Shown in pieces: positions 24,340-37,845 of a stretch of DNA of 64,000 nt. Positions within the stretch are counted from its first letter, which is position 1. The number at the start of each line of letters is the position of its first letter. Both the position numbers and the translations under genes were made by a program. The DNA comes from Perkinsus chesapeaki ATCC PRA-425 (lineage: Eukaryota; Protista; Perkinsozoa). The stretch lies in assembly GCA_013115145.1 (NCBI GenBank), contig JAAPAO010000102.1, positions 1 through 64,000 of the forward strand, read 5' to 3'. The notes beneath the pieces were generated by a model, which did no database searches, was not told the origin of the DNA, and saw nothing but the letters and a program-made list of their open reading frames with translations.

Positions 24340-24813
24340 ATGAGAGCATTCCTAGCTGTTGTGGCACACCTCACTGTAACCATTACAGCGATAAAGAGGG
24401 GTGTTCAGCCAGCATTCCCGCCGCAATAGAAAGCGTTCGCCGTTTTCTATGCTTTGGAGGCGAACAACACGATGCACTCGCTTTCGATGTATGAAGGGGG
24501 AATCCTTGATGTTGTGAGCCGTGATGGATCACATAACGAATGCCAATTCGAGAAGGTCGAAGAAGAGCAAGAACTAATCACTTTCCGTATCACCGGCGAA
24601 TGCTGCTCACTGTACACCTTAACACAACGTCCCAGCCAAATGCTTCTTCTTGAGTTGGAAATGGAGGCCGCCGTGATTCGTGGACCTGTAACGGGTGATC
24701 CCGAGCTCAAGTTCGCTGGGAAAATTGACGGCGGTCTCGCTCGTCTGCGAAGCCCAGTGCCAGAAGTCCCAGATCCCTTGGAGAAATGGATCCCAGTGAC
24801 CCCTATAGACTAA
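24340..24813 (+). pseudogene. Hypothetical secreted protein, paralog B, with an in-frame TAG at 24427-24429
   Basis: ATG at 24340 starts a signal-peptide-like MRAFLAVVAHLTVTITA in frame with ORF 24454-24813 (FRITGECCSLY..LLLELE..LKFAGKIDGGLARL). One TAG interrupts the frame. Confidence 0.5.
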
Positions 24814-25170
24814 TGTATCTGTTGGTTAAGTCAGATGTTATCATGTCGCATATTCATCTCTTTATTCATGTGCTTGTGTGTGCGTAGACAAGCTTTGCGT
24901 TTTGACATGAGGGGGGACACGAACCTTTGCGGGCATTGAGCATAACACAACAATGCTCCTCTGTCGACAGGCAACACAGAGGAGGAGGCTCGCTGGTCTC
25001 GGCTGAGCGAGTCGCTTGGTGTATTAAATGAGAATATAGGGAATGTAGATAGCCACGGTTCTCGAGGGACAAATCAAGTATATACTTTCCAATCTCTTGA
25101 TAACGAATATGATAGCCCCCTCCTACTACTTTATACAGTACGGTTTAAAATATCGTATAATAGAGTTGAA

Positions 25171-25531
25171 GATATCTTATAGTAGAGTTAAAGACATCTT
25201 ATAGTAGAGTTAAAGATATCTTATAGTAGAGTTAAAGGTATCTTATAGTAGAGTTAAAGATATCTTATAGTAGAGTTAAAGATATCCTTTAATGGAGTTA
25301 AAGATATCTTATAGNNNNNNNNNNNNNNNNNNNNNNNNNNNNNNNNNNNNNNNNNNNNNNNNNNNNNNNNNNNNNNNNNNNNNNNNNNNNNNNNNNNNNN
25401 NNNNNNNNNNNTATCTTATAGTAGAGTTAAAGATATCTTATAGTAGAGTTAAAGATATCCTTTAATGGAGTTAAAGATATCTTATAATAGAGTTAAGGAT
25501 ATCCTTTAATGGAACTAAAGATATCTTATAG
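25171..25531. repeat. 22-bp AT-rich minisatellite spanning an assembly gap (N 25315-25411)
   Basis: Repeated ATATCTTATAGTAGAGTTAAAG with the variant ATATCCTTTAATGGAGTTAAAG. Confidence 0.9.
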
Positions 25532-25547
25532 TTAATGTTGATCTAGT

Positions 25548-28500
25548 ATGGTGGCCAAATCATCAATGCCAGAATCTCAAGCAAGAGTATCTCGATCAGT
25601 CAAGCCTGCATGGAAAGCCAAGTGAGTAGTTATGATCTACCCGCACTTCAGATAGACAGCCATTTAGTTTAGCTTCATCAGCGCGGCTTGAAAATTAGTA
25701 GCGACCATCTCAATGAGAATATTCTCTATCAAACTTTTCATTATATATTGACGCCAAGAACCCTTCCCAGAGTTGCAAGCTTTAAAGAACTTGGATGGAC
25801 TTCTGTCGAGTGAGACATATTGATACCTATTTTAGGAGTCGTAAGCGTCGAGGCCTCCCATCTGTTTTATACAGCCGATGGATTGCTTTCTGCAGCACTA
25901 TAGTCGACAAAGTCTGGTGAGTCCGGATGCAAATCACATTCGTGCACGACCATGCCAGGTTTTCTACCACCACAACAATTCTAACACTTTACGCCTTGTT
26001 CGGTGATGATGTCCGAATGGCCAGTTTTGACAGCGATGCAGACCAGTCAGTTCTCTTGCTTGGCTTCCTCCTTATTCTGAATAAGGAGGAAGCCAAGCAA
26101 GGTGAATAAGTTATTCACCTGTCAGGACCTTCAACGTCATAACAGTGATCTGTCTGCTTGTCTTCGGTCTGGAGATCGTGTTCCAATCCTTCGGCAAGCC
26201 CGGCTACTTGGGCGGATTTTTCTTCTTCCTCGACGTCCTGTCATCGGCATCTCTGGTTCTAGATGTAAGCTGCGCCTAACTCACTCCTTCCCAGAGTCCT
26301 CTCGCTGTCAGCTCACGTACGTCGCTGAGGACCTGTTCGGTGACGGCTCGGGAGCCGCTGGCCAAGGTGCCCAGATCGCTCACGCTTCACACTGATACGC
26401 TTCACCTCAGGCGATGTTGCCCGAGCTGGGAGAATGTCTCGTGCTGGAACCAAAGCCGGAAGAGTCGTTCGAATCATTCGGCTGATCCGTCTCATCCGTA
26501 TCGTGAAGATGTGACGACTTTTCACAACTGCGCGCTGCCCGTTAACGCCGCCACGCAAGGTACAAGGCGTTCCTCGACGCTCAGCAGCGAGAATCCAAAC
26601 GGAAAGATCCGAGGCAGTCCAGACCGGGCAATGTTCTCCAGGATAACGAAAGCGATCACCTTCCTGACGACGAGTCCGCGGTGCGCAGTTCGGTCGTGAG
26701 CATATCGTTCGGAGTTCTCCCAATTCAGTTGCCGGATGACTTCTTCGAAGAGTTTGATAAGTCCATCGAGCCCGAGGATGACGAGCCGGAATCGAGAGTT
26801 GGCAAGAAGCTGAGCGAAAGGACGACCCAGAAGCTCATCGTAACGACTGCGATGGGGAGACCCCTTCCTGAGTGTTACTCAGATTCTCATTCTCCTGATG
26901 TTGTTCATGATACCTGTGTTCACTGTGTCGGACGTCGTCCCTCAATCGGCACAGTACGGGGTGGACACCGTGTACTCCTCCTATTTGAGGTACGTCGTTA
27001 CGTTTACAAGCAGAAGTTTGGTATAGTGGAAGCGTATCTGTCTGTCAAGCATATGGTCGTGGGTCGATCAGTTACGTTAACGAGTGTCTTACCACCGGTC
27101 CGCTCAGCCCAGAGACTCTAACCCATCGATCACTGTAAGCAGATGTCCACTGCTTGATTGAGACCGCTCGGCCAGATACGCTGATAAGCTCTTTCACTTC
27201 CTCTATGCGCACAACTGGGAGTCCCGTGAAGAGCCATGTGAGTTCAGATTATCGGCCAGCTATTGCAACTGTCATTACTCGCTGCTTTCTCAGGTTCCAG
27301 CAGTGGCGCTATGTGCGTTTCCGATTACGTCAGCCATCTCGCTTGGGTTGGGTAGGCTAGGGGAGAATCTGGTTTGTCAGAGCTACTGAAACTACTTGGC
27401 TCGAGATGCATTGTTTCCGACCTTATATCACAATTCTTAACGGTTTTGAGAATTGAGGACTCCCAGTGTGAGGTCAACACGCTGTATTTTCGCCTTCGGC
27501 GCAAGAAGTTCACTCAGTTGTTGGTGATCATCTTCATCATTGACAATAGTTCATTGAGGAGTCCAAACACAGCGCCTTGTTCGCTATTTTCGTAGAACTT
27601 CGCGAAGATCTACTCGTCAACTCAGTTACTACTCCGAGGGAACCGACCCCTGCTGGACGCATCCCCACCTGGAGAACGTCACCGCCAATGAGATACGTCT
27701 AGAGTAGTCCCTGAAAAAGCCCAAACGCGATAACTGAAATACCCAGATACGATGAAGCGTTCAACGGCGATGATTTCCTGGTTAAGTCAGGCGACCTCAG
27801 CGACTTGACCGTAGAAAGGATTACGAAGCCGTGGGCATCCTGCGGAACTGATGCAGCTATTCCAGAAGGGGTAGGCTCGACAAGAGGGTATCTGGTCTCT
27901 CTAAACCCTATGAGTTGTAGCTGTTAAGGAGACCAGACTGTTACAGTCTATAACATTACAGTCACTAAGAGAAGAGGACGTCGAACTGATAGATTAGAGT
28001 GTTAATTGATCTCAGGCTACAGGGGTCTCGTTGATAGCTGACATCGAGTGCCCGGGCGACCTACGCTTCAACGAGAGGACTGCAGTGCTGCCCTGGCTGA
28101 GGAAAGAGACTGATCCTGACAACTATAACACCTACTTTATAGTGCGGCACTGGCCTCAGTGTTGCTGATAGTGTGCTCGCTTAGTTCGTGATGGATGACA
28201 GATTAAAGGCCTACTGGGAGGCTGTACTCAATATGTGCCAAACGCTTTTCATCTGCCTTGTTCTCGGCATCGGTGCACTGTTCTTCTCCAGGGACGCCAA
28301 TGTAGGAGGCAACCAACTTAGTACATCTATCGCTCTCGCCGAGCAGGTGCTGGTCTTGGGTCCGATCGAGCGTATGATTGTTAAACTTGCAAAAATCAAA
28401 GACAATCCACTGGCGGCAACAACGCTTGGTGTGGACGGAGGGGTATGCTGTGGGGAATGCGAGTCACTTAGGCGATGAGGAGTTCAGAAGGGAGGAGACA

Positions 28501-30438
28501 GCAAGAGCAAGAGACGCAGCTCGCCAGGCTCGAACGGGCCTGTCGAGATTGTGGGACATCGTTACGGTAGGGCCTCCTGATCGTGGGAGTGTTTTTATTG
28601 TTTTTCTATCAGTTCCAAGGCGCCCGCTCCAGTGACGGAGGTCATGAGTAAGTCGTACTACTTTCATACTGTTCAACTTGATCCTCTCATTCGTAGACCG
28701 CTCGAGACCGTCATGCTCGAAAAGACTATCATCAAGATCGGTAGCCTGTTGGCTCTGGGATTCGGGGAGGCGGGGGCCGAAATCATCGGCAAGAATATGC
28801 AGGTGAGCAACGTCTGGTAAAAAGCGCCTTGCAGGGCGGAAAACGCCGTCTTAGGGAGCTGAGAGGTCGGCCGGAGTGAATGCCATGATTCCTGGACGAA
28901 AGGTCAACGCTGTTTTTGGCTTTTGCGACATTCGCAACTTCACTGATGCCACTGAAGTTCTCAAGGACAAAGTGATGCTGTTCGTGAACCAGGTGAGCCT
29001 ATTTGACATAGCCGCAATCACGCCACCTTGTTGGTTCAGATTGGAGAGATCGTGCACGGCATAGTCGACGAGTTCCATGGCGCCCCCAACAAAAATATCG
29101 GCGATGCATTCCTTGTGAGCGCTGAAGCGACACTCTTCATACTTACTAACTGACAGATCGTTTGGCGATTACCGGAGGACAACTCGGACCGGCGAAGAAA
29201 AATGTGTGACATGGCGATCATGTCATTCGTCAAGGTAAAGCTGCAAACCAGCGAAAACCTTCAAGCTCAGCTCTCCAGGTTGTCGCTGCCATTAATCGAA
29301 GTCCAGTACTGTATGAGTATCGGCAGCATCCGGGATTGCAAATGCGATTGGCAAACTACAGGTGGGCCAACTCGGTGACTATCTCTCATGCTTGGAAATC
29401 GTTTCAGGGTTCGAATGGGCTTCGGTATGCATTGTGGATGGGCTATCGAAGGTGCCATAGGCTCGGAGTTTAAGATCGATGCAAGCTATTTGTCACCTAA
29501 CGTCAATGTTGCTGGTCAATTAGAAGCTGCCACGAAGGCATATGGGGTAAAGATTATCCGGGCCGTTGGAAATGGGATCTCTCGTGTGGGTGTGTAGCTC
29601 AGTGGTAGAGCGGCTGACTGCAGATCAGCAGGTCCTCGGTTCAAATCCGGGCGCGCCCTTTGTTTTAGGTTTGCATGCTCCTATCCGGCGCTCTGATTGA
29701 CTCTTGCAACAAGGAATTGCGACGGTACCACTCATGAACCTTTTAGCATTCCGAACCCTTTCTCATTCTATCAGGCATTGTCGTATCATAGACAGAGTCA
29801 TGATACACGGCGCTCCAATGGGCCTCTTCACCATCGATTTGGTCTACGAGCATCTCTCACTCGCGGAAAGCGCATGTAAGTCTTCATTAATGAACTTGTC
29901 CTCCCACTGGCATCTCTGCAGCGAAGCCTCTCCGAGTGCATATTAAAGGAGACCATCATACCAGCGCCAGCGCCCAACGGTGAGTACATCTCTGTTTTTC
30001 TGTGATGTCATCCTATATCGTTGCTGTCAGATTCAGAACCCGACAAGAACGGGAGGCAAGGAAGGCGAATAAATGGGCACCGAATTACTGCATTGCTGAT
30101 TTGTTTGATCACCATGAAGACGTAATCGAGATGCGGAAGATCTTTACAGCCGAGTTTTTTAAGAAGTTCGATATGGGTTTTCGGTGAGCTCTATCGCGGC
30201 GACTATCTCTGCAGCACATTCTAGGAACTACGAAGCTGGCGAGTGGGAAGTGGCGTACAATATGTTTTGCGTGACTGAAAAGTTGCTCGCTTCAGAAGGA
30301 TACACTGATGGGCCGAGTGCGGCTTTGAAGAGGTGGATCATAATGTATCGCGGTAACCTTGACTGTGACTTTAGGTATATGGACAAGTATAATAGGGAAG
30401 CCCCACCGACATGGAACGGTGCCCGAGAGTTACCGTAG
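25548..30438 (+). CDS. Voltage-sensor/K+-channel-like domain fused to a class III adenylyl cyclase (alveolate AC-alpha type)
   Basis: TILTLYALFGDD (S1), RVVRIIRLIRLIRIVK (S4), ESRVGKKLSERTT, IGSLLALGFGEAGAEII, FGFCDIRNFTDATE, NKNIGDAFL, GMHCGWAIEGAIGSEFKIDASYLSPNVN. The start position is approximate. Confidence 0.92.
29588..29659 (+). tRNA. trnC: tRNA-Cys(GCA), inside an adenylyl cyclase intron
   Basis: GGGTGTGTAGCTCAGTGGTAGAGCGGCTGACTGCAGATCAGCAGGTCCTCGGTTCAAATCCGGGCGCGCCCT folds into a full cloverleaf. Confidence 0.95.
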
Positions 30439-30585
30439 CCGTTGTCAAAAAATTTACCAAGATGTCATGCAACATTGTTACTGTCGCGTTAGGCGATCTC
30501 TGTTGTGTTCGCAGTGCTTATCGACTCAAACACGAGACTCTAGACTTTCTTAAACGTTACATTATATCGTTACAGCTCTAGGGGC

Positions 30586-32286
30586 TCAAGCACCTTCACT
30601 GAAATCAAAATGCGCCGCCCCGCTCCTGCTAGCCACCGGAGTGTGAGGAACAACTCCAGAGGATACGCAACCGACAACTCGCTCGTGGAAGCCCCAAGGC
30701 TCCTCGTAGGAGGTCTGAAAGACAAACAATCGAATTCGCGGCAATGCGGGTTTTACCTGTATGGTGACCAAGTCGGCACGGTCCTCAGTGGCTCCCAAAT
30801 TGCTGTAACGTACATAGAGGATGAAACCTATGGTGACGCCCACGACGCCGAATAGAGAATAAGGGGAAAAGGTTTCAGCATGGTCCTTGCCCATGAGAAA
30901 GGAACTGGTGTACAAGAGGCTCGATACCGGCAATTTAACAGCATAGGCTAGGGAGCACATAATAGCTCCAACCTGCAGTGCTGAGCCATAGCGGGTCACG
31001 GCAACACCAAGAACATTGAAAACCAGATTAACCACACAGTAGGCCAAAAGGAGGGCACCGGCCGGACCTACTGAGAAGGTGAATGCATCCAGAAAGTTGA
31101 ATACGACCGCGTGCGGCGCGAGCGGCACGCCGCCTGGTTGACCAGAGAGATAGGGAATGCATTGAAGGAAGCCGAGGCCGAATGATATAATAGTTTGGTA
31201 GCCAGCCACGTAGGCAGTCAGAGTCCAAACGCCCACACTGTAGTTACTGAAACCGGATTCCTTGTAGACGTTGGAGAGGGCCATTGGTATGTTGGACAGG
31301 AAATACCTGAGGAACGAAGTTGTCGAGGAATCTCGAATGAGAGAAACTCGTTTTGGAAGAGTCGGAGGATTTGAAAAGTGGACTAGAAATGTGGATGCCG
31401 TGATAACCTAAAATTAGGAAATCGCAGTTAGGAAGTAACTTATCTAAAACTAACTACTAATTTCGAGTAACTCGTCACTCGTTGCTCTCGCAATTCCACC
31501 GAATACTTACAAACAGACCGACAACCCGCTGCAGTTGGCCACAGTTACCCCACTGAACGAAGGGATCACGGTTATGCAAGCGCTGATGAAGACGATCGAG
31601 GCCGCGCCCTGAAACCAGCACTTTTGTTCAACTCCATCTTATCAAATCCTACTATCGATTTCATGCTGTAAGTGGTACCGAGTACCAACGCGCTGCACAC
31701 CATCGTGACGGGGATCAGAGTCTGGTTGAGAACCGTCTGGAACTGACCAGGGGTTGACACCCCTCCAATGCTGCTGAGGAGTGTCCCCAGCCCGTCTAAT
31801 AGGCCCATAATAGCGAACTTGTATCTATGCGGGCTGGTAAGCAAATCCGAGGCTATTTTCCTACTGTGGTGGGACGCTTTCCTCGGGTCGCTTGGAGGCC
31901 TTCTTCTCGCTTTTCAGGACCATGGCGGGGATAGCGGTCATGACCATATACCCGACATTGCAGAATTGGTCCACGAAAAATGCGTAACTACGAGGAGACG
32001 CTGCCGCCGTCGGCCCTGGACTGGCCACTCACTCCTGGCCGTAGATGTTTTGAACTATTTTACAGGACACATCGTTGATGCTTCCCGCAATACAAAGAAG
32101 TAGTGCAAGCACTATAAGCACGTTGCGTGGTTGGCAGAGATACTCTGTGCACGTTTGGCGGCGCGGTGTTGCCTCCTGAATAAAAAGAGTAACCGAAAGG
32201 TCCCCGGTTCGATCCGCGCTTCTTACAGTTTGCGCCAAGAGCGGTATCTCGAGTGGCGGCTGGACGCTGCCTTTAGTAGTTGCCAT
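30586..32286 (-). CDS. CRT-like (chloroquine-resistance-transporter / CLT family) transporter
   Basis: RYKFAIMGLLDGLGTLLSSIGGVSTPGQFQTVLNQTLIPVTM; multiple hydrophobic helices; VVNLVFNVLGVAVTRYGSA. Confidence 0.8.
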
Positions 32287-32540
32287 TGTAGAAGTATAAA
32301 ACAGAAATCGCCAACTACCACAGGCCATCCTGCACTTCACTAATAAACCCAAATCCTTTTGAAAAGCAATCAAATAGTACAAATGAAACCAATGAAGGTA
32401 ATTATAATAGACGTTATTATCATCATCTCTGGGCTGCCATTCGCCGCCGTTTCCCGGCCACCACGCTAGACTGTGCGTTCTTCGGCGTGGAGCTCCTGAC
32501 GCCCACAACTACTGCGAGTCGGCATACTACCGTCTCGGGC

Positions 32541-35500
32541 TTACTTTTTGGTGCTACTGTCATCCATGGGGTCGCCACCAGCTTCTCCAAAGTCAGTCTC
32601 GATCTGCTTCAACCGAGTAAATGCAAATTTCTCCAGTTCGCGAGCGCATCTGACGCTCAAAGATTCTCCTCGAGGTCGCTTGGCGCCGCCTACTTCACGT
32701 AGATATTGCCGTCATCGCCGTTGTAAAATCTGCAGTTGTCGAATATCCACATCATTTCTGTCTTGTACTCCTCAATGGTGGTGATCTGTTGACTCTGCAA
32801 CTTCTTCTTTATCGACGACAAATCCGACGGGTGCTTTATAATCTACCCGGAGATCGAATTTCATGGCGCGCGAGAAACGATAGGTCACCATATAATAGTC
32901 GGGCGCATCCTTGACAGCCACCGGAACTCGGAAAGGCCAGCTTGACTTGTGCTGCAAACAGGCGTCCGTAAGCCCCAGCAGTCGACTCTCCAGCGTCCTA
33001 AAAACACTGGAACCAAAAATGGCAAATTCGCGCGCTCACTCGGGAATGGTGCTGGCCTCTTCGTTGCTGAGGGAATCGTCCCCCGCCGATGGACTTGCCT
33101 TTGATACCGAATAGTTGGAGAATTCGATCTGAAATCTTGCCATCTTGCATTTCCTCAACGCACGACAACCTAACCTACCCCTGGCAGGCGTGACGGCGGC
33201 AGCGGGTCAGGCAGAGGAGTTGCTGATTTCGACAGCGGCGGCATCTCTACTGGTGGCTTTTCCTTCCTGACACGCAAACGGCATACGTAGGGCGTCTGGC
33301 GACTAAGATCGACAGAAGGTGGATTCAAGCCACGTAGTCGGGAGTACTACAAGTGGGTAGGAGGAGGAGGAGGCAGATTGAAAAGGCGACTCAGATTGAA
33401 GCTCGTACGTATCGAACCACGCGACAAGAGCGCCGGTGTGAAGGCAAATGTTATCTCAAAGAACAGTTTATCCTATATTCTCGCCTTGAGCGTATAAAAG
33501 CAGCCGGAACATGCACTGCCACTCTCACAGTGTGATTAACAGAGCCTCTTTCTGGTCAGAAAGAGCCTCAATAAACTAACACACGACAGGATTCCTGCCT
33601 CAGTAACCCTTAGCGACAAGCCTCATATACCGATATTATCCTTGCAGACTGCTGCTATACCCATTCGACGTGGTAAAGGTACCGATGGATGGATCTGTGC
33701 CTATTGCTGACCAGTGCCCATATTCCCCTGAACCTACAATGCTGCCTGCCAAACTGCCTCTCTAGTATCCGATAGCATGTCCGCAACCCGCAGATAGTTC
33801 ACATCCAAGGCGAGCTCCACCGACATCATATGAGCCCCCTCGTACGATTTGATCATCCTAAATTACCGCGCGCCGTAAAATTCACAATCCACCGGTCTTC
33901 TTACCCCGACCAGATATATTTCGGTATCTTAACATGTTTCGTGAACCCCTGAACCGACCAGAATTATTGGGCGCGCGGTCACAGCTACTCACCTGCTTGG
34001 CGAAGTATCCTACAGCGGCGTTGTCAGCATAAGTGATGAAATGCGTTATTGGCCGATATTCCGGACTTGCCGCCTCTATATGAGGATTGCACTGTTTAAT
34101 AAATTCCTTCAACCGATTCATCAGCCGCGTACCATATCCCTGCCAAACAACAGTGGCGAATACCAACAGTAACAAAAAAGCCGTCAGATACAGTACCCCT
34201 GTCATTTTTATTTCTTTCACAAAGACAAGGCATCGCAGGAAGCAAGGAAGGTTGCACCGATGACTACCATAACAGAACTCTCCCTGAACAGTTGCTACGT
34301 GGCATCTTGACACGATGAAACGACTGCGCCACTCCACTGCGCCATTTCTCGCTAGTTTACAAAAGTGCATCATAATAATAACATGCTCTACGAAACTATT
34401 CAAAAGGTTGACGTCAAAGGAATCAAATTAACCTTTGGGATGCCCTTCCCCGTCCGTAGCGTCCAAGATAATACACCCATCGATGGATAACGATACTTCT
34501 CGACTTTGCACAACTTCACGGATTGAATCTTCCCCAATTTGTCCCCCCAATCCCCCTTTTCCAACATTATTACTTTAACCTGCTCATCGCTGGTGACCGC
34601 TAAAAATGCTATCTCCAATAGACCGTACTTGAAGTAACACCGGAAGCATACCGCCCCAATCAGTGATGACCCTTTCCACATAGTGTAGGTTGTATGCCGA
34701 CGATCGAAAACCAATTTTGCAATGTACCTTACACCAGCACGAAGAGAGTAGAGACTGTAGATCGCGGAGCCGTTTCTACTGCCTCATTACTCCTTCGGCA
34801 TCTTCGGTAGTTGCCGGGCAAACAGGTTCTTGCACGCCACTAGCTTCTTCAATCGGCCTATCTGTTCCTCACTAGGATTGACGATCGGCACGTCATTGGT
34901 GATACACTCGAAGGCTACCTCTCCCGAGCTCTCCTCAGCCGCCACAGCTGACAACGCACATGTGCAGTCTCAACAATGTACATAATCGACAACTACTGAA
35001 CATCATTCACAGGTACATCTTATAAAATATAACGCAAAATTTTCAACCTTTCAAGGTCCGTAGCGCATACTGAACTCGACCACTTCAAACGTTCAATCCC
35101 ATCGGCTCCACCGAGGCACTCCGATCTAGTAGACCGTTCCCCAATGCTTCACCGCCCGCTAGTACCCGTATTGCGGGCAGCAAACCCTGTAGAGTCCTTC
35201 CCTTCCGACGGCCTATCCTTCTGGCCTCTTCGTGCACTACCAGAGGACACAGACCTGCCGTCAGTTGCATGCTGATTTTGCACAGTGCCTACTTTGGCTT
35301 CTCCGGCCCCAGTGCCCGCGGCCTTCGCTTGAACAAGAAATCTTGACCGTCATCGTTGCTGGCCTCGTCACCCTAACCCCGGACCATCCCTTTGGGTCGC
35401 CCACACCAGCCGAGCAACTACCGATAGCTGAAGGAGCATGTCCAGCTCCTGGGACTCCTCTGTGGAGGATTTGATAGAGACTGCGACGTCGCCATTGCTC

Positions 35501-35556
35501 GTCGATCGATCTGCCACGCCCGCAGCCGCCTTGGACGCTGCTCGGCGAGGAGGCAT
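32541..35556 (-). CDS. GCN5: GCN5-type histone acetyltransferase with C-terminal bromodomain
   Basis: [28 protein letters not shown]|[25 protein letters not shown]; bromodomain [31 protein letters not shown]. The start is inferred. Confidence 0.9.
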
Positions 35557-35761
35557 ACGGTACAGGGAGCTCTGGGATCTCATCACTGGTTCCCCCGTGG
35601 AGATTGAAAACTCCAACGCAAAGCTATTGGGGATAAATAAAATGATTTAAGATGCGGCTGAGGGCCCCTGACAGTTTGAGTAGGGACCGTGCGCAGTTAG
35701 ACTGATAATACCGCCAGACGAAACGTCACCGGCGACCTCGGCTACATTGATTTAAGATACT

Positions 35762-37703
35762 TTACTCCTTCGGCGGCTTCAAGGACGACATGATCTCCTG
35801 GGCGATTTCACCGACCGCGCCAGGATTGTGGGGAATGAAGATAGTCTGCGACTTCGACGAAGAGGCAAGATCCTGAAGTATAGGAGGTAGTTGAAAAGAT
35901 GCGAAATTGCATCCAAAGCTAACATGAGAACCAAGTTAGCAATAATGACGTTCTTAGAGCGACCGTGGCTTGACACAATATTTCCCAAATTCAGGGAGCC
36001 ACTGCACTTGAACCGTAACCAACGACGTGGTACTGTAACGAAGAATAGTTTTGCATCACCGACAATGCGAGCATGCACTCAATTGAAGATGTGAGTGTCC
36101 CCCCTCTCCTCCCCTTCTACCTTAATGGTGTCAAAGTGCTGTGTGATGAGCAGCAGCTCCATGACGTCTTTCGATGATATTCCCTGAGTCCCCTCCGTGA
36201 AGCTTTCAACACTGGTCTTCAACCCTTCAATTATTGCCTGGGAGATCAATAACCCACGGATCAGCGACGCACAGTATTAACCTGTCTCTGCCTGGCGATA
36301 CCCTGACCGGCCAGGAACTTAGACTCGGCTTCGGCTTCCGCGTTCTTCACCAACATGATTTTCTCAGCTTCGGCCTTCTCCTGGGCCGCTATACGCAAAC
36401 GACGACCTGAACGGAAATTCTCGCCCTGCAGAGACGATCGACAGATATGTTAGGGGGCGGAGGATATATCCCCGTATCCCTGTACTCCCGGTTTCGCTTA
36501 TTTCACTGCAAGCTTCGCTGAATCTTATTATTACACATTTAGACAGTATCGCTTGTGGATGACGTTTAGGCCATCCTTGTCTGGCATTCCTGCATCCCCA
36601 TAAGCCCTTGAGTGAACTGCCGTTAAGATATGCCCTTGTTTTCCTCGCAATTTCATTCTCCATAACTTATCCATTTCAACCAGCATTTCGGTGACATCAT
36701 TTCCTCAGCCTCTCGCACAATTGTGCATTATATCAACACAGACGGTCTTCGAGTCTACTCTCAGCGCGCGTCCTTGCTTCCTAGTAATTTATCCCCTCCA
36801 CCACATGCCTGTTATATCTTATCCTTACTACAATTAATTCCGAATTCCACGACTACCACCAATTCACTAATGGCTCTACAGACGCTCAAATCGCCATGTA
36901 TTTCTCGAGTGTCGACAGACGTTCTTCGACAGGAAATATGTTGGTGACAAGCGAAGTGCCGAATTCGCTCCTCCTGCGCCTTCTATGGCTCATCGTTGGT
37001 ATTATAATAGAGCTGGTTACTTGTCTCGTGTACACCGTATCGTATACCCGTCATCTTTCGCAGCTGTTATATTCCACAGACAGTATCACAGCACCACACA
37101 TTGAACCAGTTCCCCTCTTCTTACTGGCATTTTGCTCGTTCATGGCCTCCTTCACGGTGTAGTCCGGCTCGATGTCGACAACCAATGCGTCCAAAATACG
37201 GAAACCAAATCCGGTCATAGCATCAATCAGCTGGTTCTTAATCTGAACATCACTTCGCTCACACAACACAGATTCCTCAGCAGCCCACATCAACCGCAAT
37301 CTTCTGCTTCTCCTCGAAGACCTCATCCAAGGCCATCGTTGGCGCCGACGACCGTACCACATCGTAAACGTAAGAGTTTATCTGTCCAGCGGGCGAGGTT
37401 AGCCGATAGAAAGCATCGTACGCCTGACAAAGGTCAAGTCGGCATTTCAGTTCCCGAAAATGCTCTCACTTTCTCTGGAATCGCCTCGTACTGCACCGAC
37501 ACTTCCATAATTATAAAAACGTTGTCGGCAGTTTTTGTCTCGACTCTGACATTGAGCTGCCTCACATTCAGAGGAACCATCCCCGTGACGCCGGTAACGC
37601 AGGGAATCAGGCAGACGCATCCGGGATGCTCGGTCCTATCGAACTTGCCGAATCTCTCGACGACGCCGATGTGAGCCTCGGGAACAACAGCACAGCAACC
37701 CAT
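35762..37703 (-). CDS. SPFH/band-7 (HIR-like) membrane protein
   Basis: [38 protein letters not shown]; [15 protein letters not shown]; [16 protein letters not shown]; [18 protein letters not shown]. Confidence 0.9.
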
Positions 37704-37845
37704 TCCGGGGAGAGAATCTTTAACCTACCGCGACCACTCGCAATCATCAACATTGAAAACTCAACAGACAAATAATATTTTCAGAAGCAAGCTACAGTCC
37801 CGTTTACAGCATCCGGAATCACAACGCTACTAAACGATGGTTCGT

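Noticed and set aside
24427-24429. In-frame TAG as evidence of a variant genetic code
   Set aside because: TAG terminates several well-supported genes in this window (lgt 2 and 4, ApiCOX-like, cyclase).
25171-25531. Regular repeats as a CRISPR array
   Set aside because: Units are contiguous with no unique spacers, there are no cas genes, and the context is eukaryotic.
30432-30440. ACCGTAGCC match to the spliced-leader 5' end
   Set aside because: Only 9 nt, overlapping the cyclase stop codon, and the SL 3' part is absent.
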